From: Trichosphaerium sp. ATCC 40318
Taxonomy: Eukaryota; Protista; Tubulinea
Assembly (NCBI GenBank): GCA_038496445.1
Contig: JALMLS010000520.1
Location: 1 to 64,000 of the forward strand
Length of the DNA stretch: 64,000 nucleotides
Reading direction: 5' to 3'
The notes beneath the pieces were generated by a model that searched no databases, was not told the DNA's origin, and saw nothing but the letters and a program-made list of their open reading frames with translations. Position 1 is the first letter of the stretch. Each line of letters starts with the position of its first letter. This document shows, piece after piece, positions 51,561-64,000 of the stretch. Made by a program: the position numbers and the translations under genes.

Positions 51561-51592
51561 AGGAGCGCCAATGGAAGAATGTCAACCGACGA

Positions 51593-53953
51593 ATGTACTT
51601 TTCCGTCCATCTCCGAATCTTATTTCTTATAAATAACATTATCTTGCCTCGTATCTTCTACCTATGCATTTGCTTCTTGAAAAAGAGAACCACGTTTTTA
51701 TTGAGATGTGAAAGGTTTTCTTTTTTAGCTTGCTGCATGTGTAGTATTGCTATACTTGGAGTACTACACCACTTTTGTAGAAAGCCTGAATAGTATGGTA
51801 TTTCGATGATAATCAAAGTTCTCTATTGTGTTGCTAATGTAACAAGGAGCAATATCAGCTGAGCAAAAGAAATTATTGAATTACGGTAAGTTAAGTCTAC
51901 AGTTTTTCAGTAAAAAACCACTGTGAAACCAATGTGTAAACTACTCATTGCGTTGGTGTTAGTTGTACTGTATACATGCGTAAATACAAGCTTGCAGAGG
52001 GAAAGTCGTACGTCCGAGTAGATTTTTAATAAAATGCCTCGTATCACGTGTATAACAATGTCTTCAAGGGTGTGATGTCTATGTTGCTGATTTCGGAGAC
52101 GATTTAAATGTAAGTCACGTGGAAGTTGCTCGCGCGTTCGTTTTACGCTTCAAAAGTTGTTATAGTCACGTGACTTATCACTAGGGAAATGGTTCAAAAG
52201 AAAAACCTTTCAGAAGCATACAGAGAGCAACGCTTAATGACACAGGTGTACATTACATTGTTTGTGTTGGAGGTAAACATGAGGAGTTTAAAAGGGTTTT
52301 TGTTAATTGGAAAAAATAGGAAACATTGCTTTCTATCGCACTGATCGTGTTGAAATTCTATGCAATAATTTTAACAGCCTTACGTTTAAAGCAGTATACT
52401 GGCACCCTGAACAAAAAAAGAGACCTATTTTACACGGCTTGGTGCGCAATAATAGTCAGTTCAAACATTTGATTTTTACATTGTTTTTTTTAACAGCAAT
52501 TCAAAGTTACAACGGCTTCCTTTTACCTGCAATTCATTGGTACGTAAAATGCTATACAAAGAGATATTGATAGAATATTCATTAGCTGTCATGTAGGTGT
52601 TGAAATCGACTTAAGGATTCCAGATATCTACCGGTCTATGTCACCATTTGAATTTAGTACAATACTGAGCCTTTATAATACAACTGCCACTACGTTTAAT
52701 ATTGGTCTCTTCAACAAACGTGCTTATATATACATTGCTGAAAGCACAGTAAATGGTAGTGGTATTATATATGGATCACTCTCGAAAGTGATCATAGAGA
52801 ATAGTCATATTACGCACCAAGTGATATGGGAAGGTAAGTACTGTGATTTTTTTTTTTGAAAAGGTTTTACGTTAATTCTGCTCTTTAGTGTCACAGTTGT
52901 TCATTAAGAATTCGCAAATTGATTCTAGAATAAACACTATTAATTCTAAAAAGGTGGTTGTATCGAATAGCAGTATTAACCTAAATCCATTGGAGCTTGA
53001 AGGCGAGAATCTGAACATTACTTTGATTGACAATGTGTTTTATGAATCGAGTAATTCCTTTTCTATTTTATATATCTATGTGACACGTGCTACAATATTT
53101 CTAAGTAATAACACTATACATAAAATACAGGTATGCCATCACGATTATTCTAAAAAATAGTTGTGTTTAACAGTTGATCCTTAGGATGGGGAATGGGGAC
53201 CTCCAGATGTTTCTTTAATATATGTTCTGTCAACTGATGATAGACGTGGGTACAATATATCTCTCAATCTGGACAACCAATACATTGGTCCTGAGCTCTA
53301 TAGTGAGTCTATCTTTATACAGAAACTGCTTCATGTTTATTGAGAATAGGTAAAAGTTGTCTGCCTGGATATACACCTCGTGGCAATGTTCTAAACTGTA
53401 AATATTGTGGAAGCGGTCAGTCATCTAATGGTGGAAATAGCTCCTGTTTTGACTGCCCTGCAGGTATGTAGAATAGTCTTCTGTTACATATCTAAGCTGT
53501 TCAATTGTAGGGACATTTGCTCCTCAAATACCAAGTGAGAGATGTGAGCTATGTCCGTTAAATGAGTTTTCTGAAGTGTAAGTATAAATGATTCACCCTA
53601 CATTGACTTTTCTTAAAGAGGAAGTACACAATGCAAGTCTTGCTCATTGCCAGATAGAAACAACACTCAGTGTTTCTTTTCGCCAGCAATGGAAGGTATG
53701 TGATGACCTTTGATGTTTCACAAAAACCTTCACACTGTTGTAATGACTGTTACTTAGACAAGTCGCCTTGGACTATTGTATATTTGTCTGTTCTAGGACC
53801 TTTAATTATAACTACTCTTGTTGTTGCTACAGGTACCATCATATTGTTGCGTATTGATTTATTCATTGTAATGTAGCATTGATATACGATGGCTTACAAA
53901 AACAAAACTATCAAACTATCGAGATGCAGCAACAAACCATTGCAACTATTTAA
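51593..53953 (+). CDS. Surface membrane protein: DUF1565/beta-helix-like region, Cys-rich GCC2/GCC3-like repeat, TM helix (multi-exon, ends approximate)
   Basis: YVADFGDDLN|GNGSKEKPFRSIQRA, Asn/Ile-rich beta-helix exons, CFDCPAGTFAPQIPSERCELCPLNEFS, hydrophobic WTIVYLSVLGPLIITTLVVAT. Confidence 0.65.
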
Positions 53954-54210
53954 TCCGTAGCCAAGTAATTTGCATGACAGTCAAACTCAAAAAATTATGC
54001 TCTTAAGGTTTTTAAGCACCCTTAAATTGGTATTGACGAGATGCTATTGATGTAGCAAATACTGCTTGAAAAATCAATAGAAATACACTCTAAAAAATTC
54101 ATTCATAAGCCCAATTACCAATAGAACTATGGCTTTTTTTGAAATCCGTAGCTAGATTATTGTACTTGCGCGGATTTCTGACAAGGTGGAAACATGTGGT
54201 TATTTTATAA

Positions 54211-57200
54211 TTACAAATCAATGCTGATAGTACCAATCCCTGGTTTAAGCTTTGCAAGTTCCTCTTCAAGGAGTTTATATTCCGCTTGAGTTTTACTATG
54301 TACTTCTTTTAATTTTTCAAGTTCCTTCTTTGTCTTCTCAAGCTCTAACTCTAATAAACCACTCCTTGACTCTGATGTATCGGACATTACACCAGAACCC
54401 TTTGGCCTAATTCCACCTCGCCTTGTGCCCATTGGAGTAGACCGTCCAGAAGCGCTAGTTTAGTCATTAACAATAAAACAGGAACTCTTTGTTTGTCAGT
54501 TTGATAGAAATATCATTACGCACTTCGCATTGTTAGCAGAGTCCGAATCTCTGTGAGCGAAAATGGTCCATAATTTTGGAAGAAACATCATGCAGAGTGT
54601 AACTTAACCAATGAGTTAAGCAATAACAAACAAGTAATTTTAAAAGCACGTGATATCACGTGCTTTATCTGGATATTTTATGCAAAATGCGCTTACCTGA
54701 TGCTATAAACCAAATGCCGATAGACACTATTGTACTCAAGGTGCTGTAAGATGACGGAGATGTAATTGTGTAACCACAAATCAATAGTAGTGACGCCCAA
54801 ATCAAGTCGTTATAAATGATAGCTCCCATCCACTTTGATTCATTGTACATAGAAGGTACGCTTCTAACTGCAAATGCATAATAACACCCAGTCAACACCA
54901 CAAGTCCCTATTTGAAAGGAGTTAGTAGTACCACACAAATAATGACTAACCTCATAAACTATAGTGATTATCAAAAATATCTCGCCAAATTCACTTGAAC
55001 ATTGACCTAGCTCGTAAAGATAGCTGTTTGGATCTGGTTTATATGCAATTTTGTTTCTAGAGAAAACTGTCCATAGAATCAAAATAATCTTGCCGTGTGT
55101 TAAGGTGAGAAAAGGAGAAGGAAATATTTGCTATGATTGAAAAAAAGAGGATACAAGTTGAAGTACAATCGCTGCCAAAGTGACTTGGATCATCTCAGTA
55201 AACGATATAACTGTACGAGATAAGTTTCCATGATCAAAAATCCGTTTAATCCTATATGTCTTTGCAACAAGTGGCCTTCAGCGAGTAAGCGAAAACAAAG
55301 TTAACAAAGAAGAAAAGTACGCAAGTATAATGATAAATCCCATTGCAGGAAACCAAACACGAAGTTCGCAGGATACACTTGATACTGGTACAATCCTAGA
55401 TAATCGTTAGATATACATAGTACATCATATGTTGTACCATGCGAGTGAGCCTAGGTATAATACCATGACACCGAACAGAACAAGCAATAGAAATTCTCTT
55501 GTTGAAGCCCTGATGATCTTTGACGAACTCCTATAGCAAATAACATGAACTCCCTTAAAGTATCAAAGATTAACCTGATTCGTACCAGTTTGCTACGATA
55601 AAGAAAAACATTGCCAGAGTGGCAATGAGACCAATAATAACAAGAACTATAACTATAATTGTTTGAGCATCACTCCACTTGCTCCAGTCTCTAGGAGAAC
55701 GTGGTAATTCTTCAATAGAAATTGATATACCCCCATCTAATATGATTTTTTTGAACGCAAATGAAGCATTTACAGCAATCACTTGGACATTAGAAAAGCT
55801 TTCGGCGAAGCTACTGGACTCATTCGAGAATGTCATTAATTTGAAAACAGATCCAATTTTCAAAGAAGATACATCATTAACTGATAGACTTACAATGCCA
55901 TCTAAAGGTTAACATTAGAATCATACATAGAAAAAGCAAATAAAGCGTATTTTACCAAATTCAGGTGTAGTAATCCAGTGTATAGATGAAACGCCCAAAA
56001 TCATGTCAATAGAACTTTGATTGTTAAATTTCATATGATTAATTTCGATTTCTCCCTTAATAGATATCATGTCAATTGAAGATTAACAACAACTTATCTC
56101 AATAATAATGAGTGGATAGAGAAACGTACATTAACGATGAGAGTAGCATTTTTGAATTCATAAATTGTATTTGTTCCAAGAAGTTCAACATTGTTTTCAA
56201 CAATGAACTTTGAACCATCACAGTTAACGATGCTTGTATTCACAGGTTCAAATGCAAATCTTGTATCTCTAGTAACTGACAAGGTACCTAGTAGCGGAAG
56301 TTATAAAGAGAAATGTAGCAACACCAACGAAGTACCTTTGTTTTCAATAACCATATCCTGAATGGTAATTGATCCAGAAAGCTTAATGGTTGTCAGTGAT
56401 GTTTCTGCAAGAACTAAATGAGGCTTTGAAATGATAATTGTGCGCTTGAGTTGTCTTTCATATCCCTTTCATAGCGGTCAGCCTCAATAGAAAGAGAAGA
56501 GAAATACAACATGCCTTCAATGATCCGTCTGATAAAGTGAACTCTTTCAATACAACAATAGATGCATTTGGACTAATCGTTACATCTCCACCATTCATTG
56601 ATAAACTGTCAATAACAAGATCTTCAGTAATGTTCACAGGGTATGATAAAGGCATAACCAAGTTCTCAAAGGTGCTACCTTCATAGAAAAAAGAATGAGA
56701 AACGCACAATTCTAAAGAAAGTTCGTTCAAGTACCAAAATTGCCTTCTGGGATAAATCCGCTAAGATCATTTGGTGAAGAACTCTGAAATAGACTTCTTT
56801 GTACCAAAACAAACTGATCGCCTGCAATACCTATTACACCAGTTACAAAGGCTATAGTGTTATTGTTTCTTTCGCACTATATTGAGAATTTGAGGTAAAC
56901 GTGCAGTTATCTACTGTGTTTCCTCTCAAAAACATAGCTCCACCAACCACTGCTGTGTTGGATATAAATGTGCTTCCTTGGAAAAGCGAGTCCGTAGCAG
57001 AACAAATGATAGCACCACCAGATACGGCCACGTTTCTCATAAACATACAGTCCCTTACAACTGTTCTGAAGTTGTCAGCTTGCAGTGATATGGCACCACC
57101 CTAAAAAGAGAGGTTGAGATGAGAACATAAGAGTTGTTACTTGTGTTGTACATTATTGTCGGCTTTGTTGTCATAGAAGCTAGAGTTGCTAAACGTTATG

Positions 57201-59813
57201 TCTGTATTATTGACCTCAATCTGTACACTTCCACCGAATACTGCTTTGTTGTTGATAAACTGAGAATCTTCGATATTAAAATTCTGGTTGTTCATAAAAA
57301 TACGTATTGCTCCTTACACAAAAGTTAGTTTCTCAGTTTTTTCTTAAAACGTTGGATCGATTCTTTTTTAAGTATGACGAACGCACCACCATCATTTTCA
57401 GCAAAGTTACTTTCAAAATACATTTCATTCATTGATATATACGCATTACTCCTATAGAAATATATGGCACCACCGTCAGTAGCATGATTTCTTTTGAAAG
57501 TTATATTTTGAAAATTTATATTTGTATTCATTATCTCGACATATAGACCACCGCCTTCCATGGCCTCATTGTCTTCAAACAATACATGTTCGATAAAAAG
57601 ATTTGTGCTATTGTAAAGATATAGGCCTGCTCCCCATGTTGCTTCACAGCTCCTTTAAAGGTACAGTAAGAATTTATAGTAAATACCATTTTGTTCATAC
57701 CTGAAGGTGCAGTGCTCAATCACTCCATTTTCAAGAGATAATATTGCAAGCGTACCTTATTAGTCAATTAGGGTCTAGATGCGGAATTTTAGTGCGTATT
57801 TTAACTCACCATAGCTCGAAGAGCTGTCTTCAAATTTCAAATACCGAAAGAAGATATTCTTGTTTGTATAGTGCTCAACGAGAATACCAGATCCAGGTCG
57901 CCTTGCATGATTATTCAGGAAAGAAGAGCGCTGTATTGTAATATTTTCACAGTATTGGTAGATATAAATGCCAGCACCGTGTCTAGTGACTGAATTGTTT
58001 TCAAAAACTAGGCTGTCCAAGTTGAGATTGGAAGCATTTCTCATTGATATACCAGCTCCAGAGGCAGCCGATCCGCTCCTAGGTACGTTGAATAAAAGTT
58101 AAATAATACGCTAGAGGTGTTTACCTGAAGGTAGTAGTAATAATATCGCTGTCAGCAAGACCATGAATAGCAAGTGCTAAACCAAACATGAGAAAATTTA
58201 AAGTAAACAAAATTCCCAATTATGGATCTGCTGTTTAGTTATTTTCTTACCTCCACCGTTATTTGCTGAGTTGTTTCTAAACACACAGTTTTCTATTGTG
58301 ATGTTTTTATTGTTGCCTGCAAAGTAGATTCCACCGCCTTCAGTTGCTATATTACTTACGAAAATAACTTCTGTCAGTACTATATTATTGCTTTGGTGGA
58401 TGTGTAATGTGCCATCTTCGTTTGAGTTGCCTCTAAAAAACAAAATTAGAACGGCAACAAAAAACCCAAATCTTCACTTCGTACATAAATGTACAGTTTT
58501 CAAAAATGCCTTTGCCTATTCCGTCAATATAAACAGCTGTATAGTGTTAATTTGTATAAGATATTGAAGTTTTGTTCTTACTTCCGTTTGATGGAGAAAC
58601 GTTATCCTCAAACACCGAATTTCTAACTTGTAATGTTGATCCTGGATTGCTAGTTTCAATAACTTAAGGAAGAGTTAATTGTAATTATCAGAAAACTACA
58701 TACATATCGCTGAACCTGACTGAGCACTACCATTAGTGAAAGTACAGTTATCAATTTCTAGGTGTATTTCCTCTGTACCGTATATAACACCTTTGTTGAA
58801 CAAGTTAAAACAAATTTTGTAAATAATTCGAATACCATTTCCTGACACAACGTTGTTAATAAACGTGGTGTTGAGCATCTGTGCGTTTGCATTATTCATT
58901 CTTAATATGCTAGCTCCATCTTGCAACAATTCGTTGTTATTTATAAAACGTACACTAGTAACAAGTTAAAATTGAAGCATAAATGGCCTTCCTCACTTTG
59001 TCATTGAAATGGATGATTCTTGTATGTGAACTATGCCTGTTAATTCGGCGTTTGAGTTTGATACTCCACATGTATTATCGGTAAGGGTGCAATCACTTAA
59101 AAATAGCATCAGTCACTTGGAATTTCATACTTGTACTACGTGCGTCAGAGAAACGTGACATCCTGCGTTAGCAAAAATAACAGAACCTTTGTTTCCATTT
59201 TCCTAAAATAATTTTAAACGTCTGATCAAACGCACGTGTTGCGTACCGTTGGTTCAGGACACGCGGAGTTTGTCAATGTTATTTGCGATAACGAGAAAAC
59301 GTCCAAGTGTGGATCCCCAAAAGAAACACCACATGAAGGAACCAAGAACAGAAAATTTATAAACTCTCCATCAATGATAGTTTCTCCTGTTGTTGACCCT
59401 TTCAGAGTATTACTACGGGAATAAATTTTTTGTCGCTAGTACCCATAATACGTATTCCATTGAGATTTTCTACGCTAGGCCATACAAGACGCGTGTTTCC
59501 GGTGCCTTGTATTTGGTTTAATATTACTATTTTCAAATTCAAATACAAAAACCCTCGCTACCTGTGTATCGCCCTTGAGCCACTTCTATGGTATCACCTG
59601 GTTCAGCTACAGCGAAAATGGCATATCTAAGCGTAAGGCAGGGCCTTAAATTATCACTACAGCTCCCTGTATCACTCCCTTTTCGTATATTCGCATTAAA
59701 GCAGTTTTCGTATTATACTTACCTTCTGTACTTACAAAGCGTCGTGTGCCATGTACTGCGTAAGTAAATAAAATGAATATAGCCAACAAGCGGCCAGGCA
59801 TTCGAAGGAGCAT
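54211..59813 (-). CDS. Class C (GABA-B-like, 7tm_3) GPCR with a large parallel beta-helix (GGAI/FxxN repeat) ectodomain and a C-terminal coiled coil (multi-exon)
   Basis: Signal peptide MLLRMPGRLLAIFILFTYAVHG, repeats FxxNxAxxGGAIY, 7TM motifs IIRASTREF, LVAKTYRIKRIF, VRSVPSMYNESKWMGAIIYN and FLPK, heptad tail LELELEKTKKELEKL. Confidence 0.88.
54643..54666. repeat. Perfect 24-bp palindrome made of two CACGTG boxes, intronic
   Basis: aaagcacgtgatatcacgtgcttt equals its own reverse complement. Confidence 0.95.
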
Positions 59814-61285
59814 TTAATAATCTTTTTTCACCTTGTGTCACGTGCGGAAAAGACTTATTTGTGTGTTGTTTTGTGGGATTTGTAAGAACCAAAAATACCA
59901 AAAACTCCGCTCAGCAGATATCGAAAGAAAGTATCTTATGCATGAATAGCATCGATATAGGATAAATAGCTTTACGGAAAGTAGAGGGTAAAAATCCTGT
60001 CGATAATTTCCGAGTACATTGCGTTACATGCAAGTCACAAATTTTGACTGTTCAATTCACTAAAAACTCATTAAATGATAGATTGCAGTTCTGTCACGTC
60101 CATCGTTATGTACCAAACCTTCTGCGCTTGTTAACTCCGATAATATAAATGTGAGCTTATAAGCCAACTGGTAAATGTGATACGGGGTGTCTCCCGAAGA
60201 TATTTTCCAAGGCTTGGAAGAAAAAACAACATTTATTTATTACTGGACATTAGGCATGGGTACAAAAATCGGCTATTTGGTATTTATTTAGTACAATTAC
60301 AAGTAATAATGTTTCGATAGGTTCAAAAAGCACCCTGTACATTTAATTGAGCGACGTTGGTAGTCATGTTGAGAGAATTAAAAATGGAAGAGAAAAAACC
60401 AAATCACGTGGAAACTTGAGTAATGTGTTGTGATGTGACTTTGTTGTTGTTGCATCGGAATAAGATACCGGGCTAGTTTGGCATGTAATTCAGGGCTAGG
60501 TTGTATTGTTTTTCTAATTAGTTATTTAGACAGCGAACCTTTTTTACGCCTTTGTTTCAACTTAAACTTAGCGTAAGTAGCTATATTGGAGTAATTTTGT
60601 CAAATCTGTCTTACGTTAATTGTAACTGTTCAAACATAGGTAACTTGCGTCAGTATTTGATACCAGTTATCAAGAGGTGTTTATTATGGTACACTTGCAG
60701 TACCATAACATCCGAAGTTCACTGTTTAGCTTTTTTACGTTCGTTGTAAATAACTTGAATTTTGTACCACTACGACAAAAATTTACGCGTAAGTTATACC
60801 AGATGCTACAAGGCTCAGAAAAAAGTTCGTTGTCTATGTACTAAACGTTCAAATAGCACAATAATATTAAGCCACGTGATTCCATTGCATAAAATACCTT
60901 TCATGCTCAGCAGAGAACCAGTTCAGATAATTGTAAATATTTATATGCGGAAGCCTTGGAGATTTAGGAACTCTAAAGCAGTTATGCTGCTAATAGTTGT
61001 ACCCTTAAGTACAAGTAATGAAAAACGGTTTTTTTGTTTTTTCATACTATAAAACTGTCTTTATTTTGTAAGTGTTTCTTGTATAATAGATAACAAATGC
61101 TTGGCGTTTGTACAGCCATTTTTTTGAGCTTATTATGGTTTGACTTTGTGTATTTCTTTATGGATCCATCCAAAACTGTTCGAAGTCAACAAGAAGAAAC
61201 TTGACCGTTTAGCGTCAAAACTAATCTTCAATAATAAATCTTTTCGCTTTAATGGACAAATCAGCAATAATAGAGTACAAAACCA

Positions 61286-62499
61286 ATGATTTGTTTCAGT
61301 CTATACCTTGATTGTAGTTTTTCTTATTCTCTTTGCTCTAGACCCGCACCACTAGCACTTATAACACTACCAATCGAAATATTGGCATTAATCCTTTCTT
61401 TTATATCAAAATCAAGGCAATCTGCAGCGAATACATGCTCCTACTTGTTAAATATCATACGAAGTATTGTAGGGTTCAAAAGTATCTATGTTATTACAGC
61501 CAAACAAGCAAAGTACATAAAACGATACAAAGGCGTATTACAAAACACTCATGTCATTGTACCTTTCCCATCAGATAATATACTGATACACCTCAAAGGT
61601 GTCAAACATGTCAAACTCAAAAAAGGTTATAGAACTGGCTTACTGGATATTTGTGTTCTCTCTGGTGTACACAAAGTATATTTAAAAGGCCTAGCTTGTG
61701 TAAACGACCGTACGTTAGAGTCTTTTGCTGGTGTTCATTCGATTAAATTGGAGATTGTCTTAATATAACAGATGAGGGTATAAAACATCTTCGTGGAGTT
61801 CACTCAATATGTCTTGCACATACTTATGTTACTGATGATGGTGTATCCTCGCTTGAAGGTGCTCATACCATTGATTTGCATGGGACTAAGGTCACAGATA
61901 AAGGATTAAAGTGTCTTGCAGGTGTCTATTGTATTAACTTGAGACTTTGCCATATTACTGATGAAACACTTTTTGCTCTTAAAGATGTACATGCAATCAA
62001 CTTGGACATGTGTAATGCTATTACAGACAATGGTATCAAAGCTTTAGAAAACGTACACACGATATGTTTACCAAGTCATATCACAGAAGAAGGTATCAAG
62101 TCATTAGCTGGTGTTTCAAATATCATGATATGTGACATCAGCTGTTGCATCACAGATGATACTATCATTGCACTTAAAGGTGTTAAGAATGCATACTTAT
62201 ATTGTAAGAATATTACAGATGATGGTATTAGATCGCTTAGAGGCATTCATTCGCTTAGTTTGTATGATAGAAACAAGGTTACAGATTTAGGAATTAGAGC
62301 TCTTATTGGGTCTTCTTTGATACAATTCGTTCATTGTAATCAAGTTACTATGGATACAGTGAATGTACTTTTGGATAGTGGTACATCAGTGACTGCATGG
62401 AAGTGTAGACTACTTGACGAAACTAACTTTGAATCTTCTTGTATTGACAAGACTGTTGACGAAATAATCTGTGAGATTTTCAATGTATTCAGCCTGTAG
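61286..62499 (+). CDS. F-box + leucine-rich repeat protein, with a 1-nt frameshift near 61750 (error or recent pseudogene); start approximate
   Basis: ITLPIEILALILSFI (F-box), then repeats such as ITDEGIKHLRGVHSICL. The frames join if ttggagat is read as ttgggagat. Confidence 0.8.
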
Positions 62500-62571
62500 A
62501 ACCCATTTTAAACCCTTACCTTGTAAAAGGGCATTGTTTAGAGCTAGAAATAAAAAAATGCTTTTTCTTTT

Positions 62572-62958
62572 TTATTTACAGCAGACAAAAATCATAACAA
62601 GTAGTATCAATGTTATACACAATGGTAGCGTATAATTTAGAGAGTTGTTTCTGGGCAACTTGAGACTAGTTTTCGTGGGGCACTTTCGTCTGGTTTTTAT
62701 CAGTATTTTATCAACAGTATCACGTGCTCGCATGTGATTGTTTATTGTTCTGGCAAATATTAGTTTCAACCTTACGCATGGTAAAGAAGCGTACATGTTC
62801 GTTATGTGAGGACTCTCGTATACAACGTAGTAGTAAGGCTTTGGTTTTGAACCCTTAATGGTTTTGATCAAGCGATTCCAGTAGCATTTCGCTCCTTTTT
62901 TAACACGCCCATGAAGTGATTTGTACGCCTTGTTGATCCGGTGTGGATATTTGACCAT
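62572..62958 (-). CDS. Hypothetical basic 128-aa protein with a C-terminal hydrophobic anchor
   Basis: ATG-initiated intronless ORF with a TATA-like tttatata upstream and tail LPLCITLILLVMIFVCCK. No recognisable domain. Confidence 0.45.
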   Translation of the reverse strand: MVKYPHRINKAYKSLHGRVKKGAKCYWNRLIKTIKGSKPKPYYYVVYESPHITNMYASLPCVRLKLIFARTINNHMRARDTVDKILIKTRRKCPTKTSLKLPRNNSLNYTLPLCITLILLVMIFVCCK

Positions 62959-63377
62959 GTATAGCGACCTTTGATAGAGCTGTGGTTACGCCCAAGACAG
63001 AATAAGAATGTCCGCTATATAAAAGTTTCTGCTAGCCATTTTTCACGTTTTAGCCCGAAAGGGTACGGGGTATTTCGGGAGTAAAAATTTAGGAATAGTC
63101 CCGGGTTCTATTCAATCCTGTCGGATTTTGGATTTTATTTTATGCTTTCAAAACAGTTAAAACCTCATTATTTCACGAAACAGGGTCTTGTATTTCACCA
63201 TTTAGACACTTCAAATAAAAGCTCTTTAAGAAAAACGTGGAGATAGAAACGTACACAACACGTACTGTCTGATCTTTTTTATTGTTAATTAACATATAAC
63301 ATGCCTTTGATGTGCTCACAGAACAATTGCTTTTTACTTTTACAATGACAGCTAATCATGCTTGAACTACTGCGCAC

Positions 63378-64000
63378 TTATAGTACTTTAGTTTCATTTT
63401 CTGAGTCAATCGCGGATACATCTATCACGTTGTTGTCTAAGTCTAATAATCCTGCTTTTTCGAGTCTTTGCTCTAAATCTACAACACGTTTTTTTAAAGT
63501 GTCTATTGTTTTTTGCATTTTGTTTTTCTCGCTTATATCCATTTTCTTTTGTGCTGTAGACGTTATTTTAGTTACACCACTCATAGATGTTGACTTGTGA
63601 TCATTACTGTCTATTTCAGCGTCAGTTTTTGTCATGTAGTACATCCGTGGAACAAGCAAAGACATGATTGATATGAAAGGTCCCAAAATGATACAAAGAG
63701 ATCTTAAAATAAACGCCACTTCTCGATCACGTGATCCAAAAACCTTTAGAATAAGATCAGTTAATTGTAAACAATAAATGTGTAGTACATGAGACGTACT
63801 TGAACAATGATAATAATTATAATGAAAAAAGTAAGAGTGTAAACAGCGAATCCGATAGACCTTGAACAAACAAGTTACTCACAAAAACCTCAGTTATGCA
63901 ATACAAAGATCGTAATGGTAGAGTGGATGGAGGTTGTAGTAATATTTTATACAACGTAAACTTCAAAAAAATAAAAGAATCATTTTGTTCGGTTGTACCT
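63378..64000 (-). CDS. 3' end of a second class C GPCR-like gene (TM6-TM7 and coiled coil); 5' part outside window
   Basis: FILRSLCIILGPFISIMSLLVPRMYY (TM7 with a PK/PR motif), followed by a Ser/Thr stretch and the heptad IDTLKKRVVDLEQRL. Confidence 0.7.

Noticed and set aside
61745-61768. Frameshift in the F-box/LRR gene as recoding
   Set aside because: Again a single missing G in a short G run, with no slippery site or downstream structure. Error or recent null allele.
1-64000. CRISPR arrays, rRNA, prokaryotic operons, intact transposase/RT, U12-type introns
   Set aside because: No repeat-spacer arrays, rRNA motifs, RT/DDE motifs or RTATCCT donors in sense orientation were seen. Gene structure is spliceosomal throughout.

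Overview
AT-rich (roughly 35% GC), compact, intron-dense eukaryotic DNA. It is probably from an amoeba-like protist, judged from Dictyostelium-type Cys repeats and class C GPCRs; this is an inference. Introns are mostly 45-200 nt, with GTACG/GTAAG donors and CTAAC-type branch points, so the ORF track shows only exon fragments and the gene models below were spliced by eye. The main structure is an inverted duplication of at least 10.8 kb (1-10818 mirrored at 33298-44067) around a 22.5 kb spacer. Each arm carries a vWA/Cys-repeat integrin-beta-like receptor, a calmodulin-like gene, NSUN6, a MYND-FKBP fusion, a decayed BTB gene and an F-box/XPA-like gene (truncated in the left arm). The spacer holds a candidate Rel-homology/IPT-like transcription factor lying head-to-head with a spliced ankyrin gene whose C-terminus resembles LINE ORF1 and which overlaps a stub resembling the start of an APE endonuclease. 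It also holds a PH-C2-C2-RasGAP with an intronic tRNA-Gln, a VPS9-DUF547 protein, an atypical Ras, an F-box gene and an unannotated 96-aa secreted 10-Cys prepropeptide. The right part has BTB, RCC1, beta-helix surface protein, two class C GPCR-like genes and an F-box/LRR gene. The hexamer CACGTG is about ninefold over-represented across the window by a manual count.
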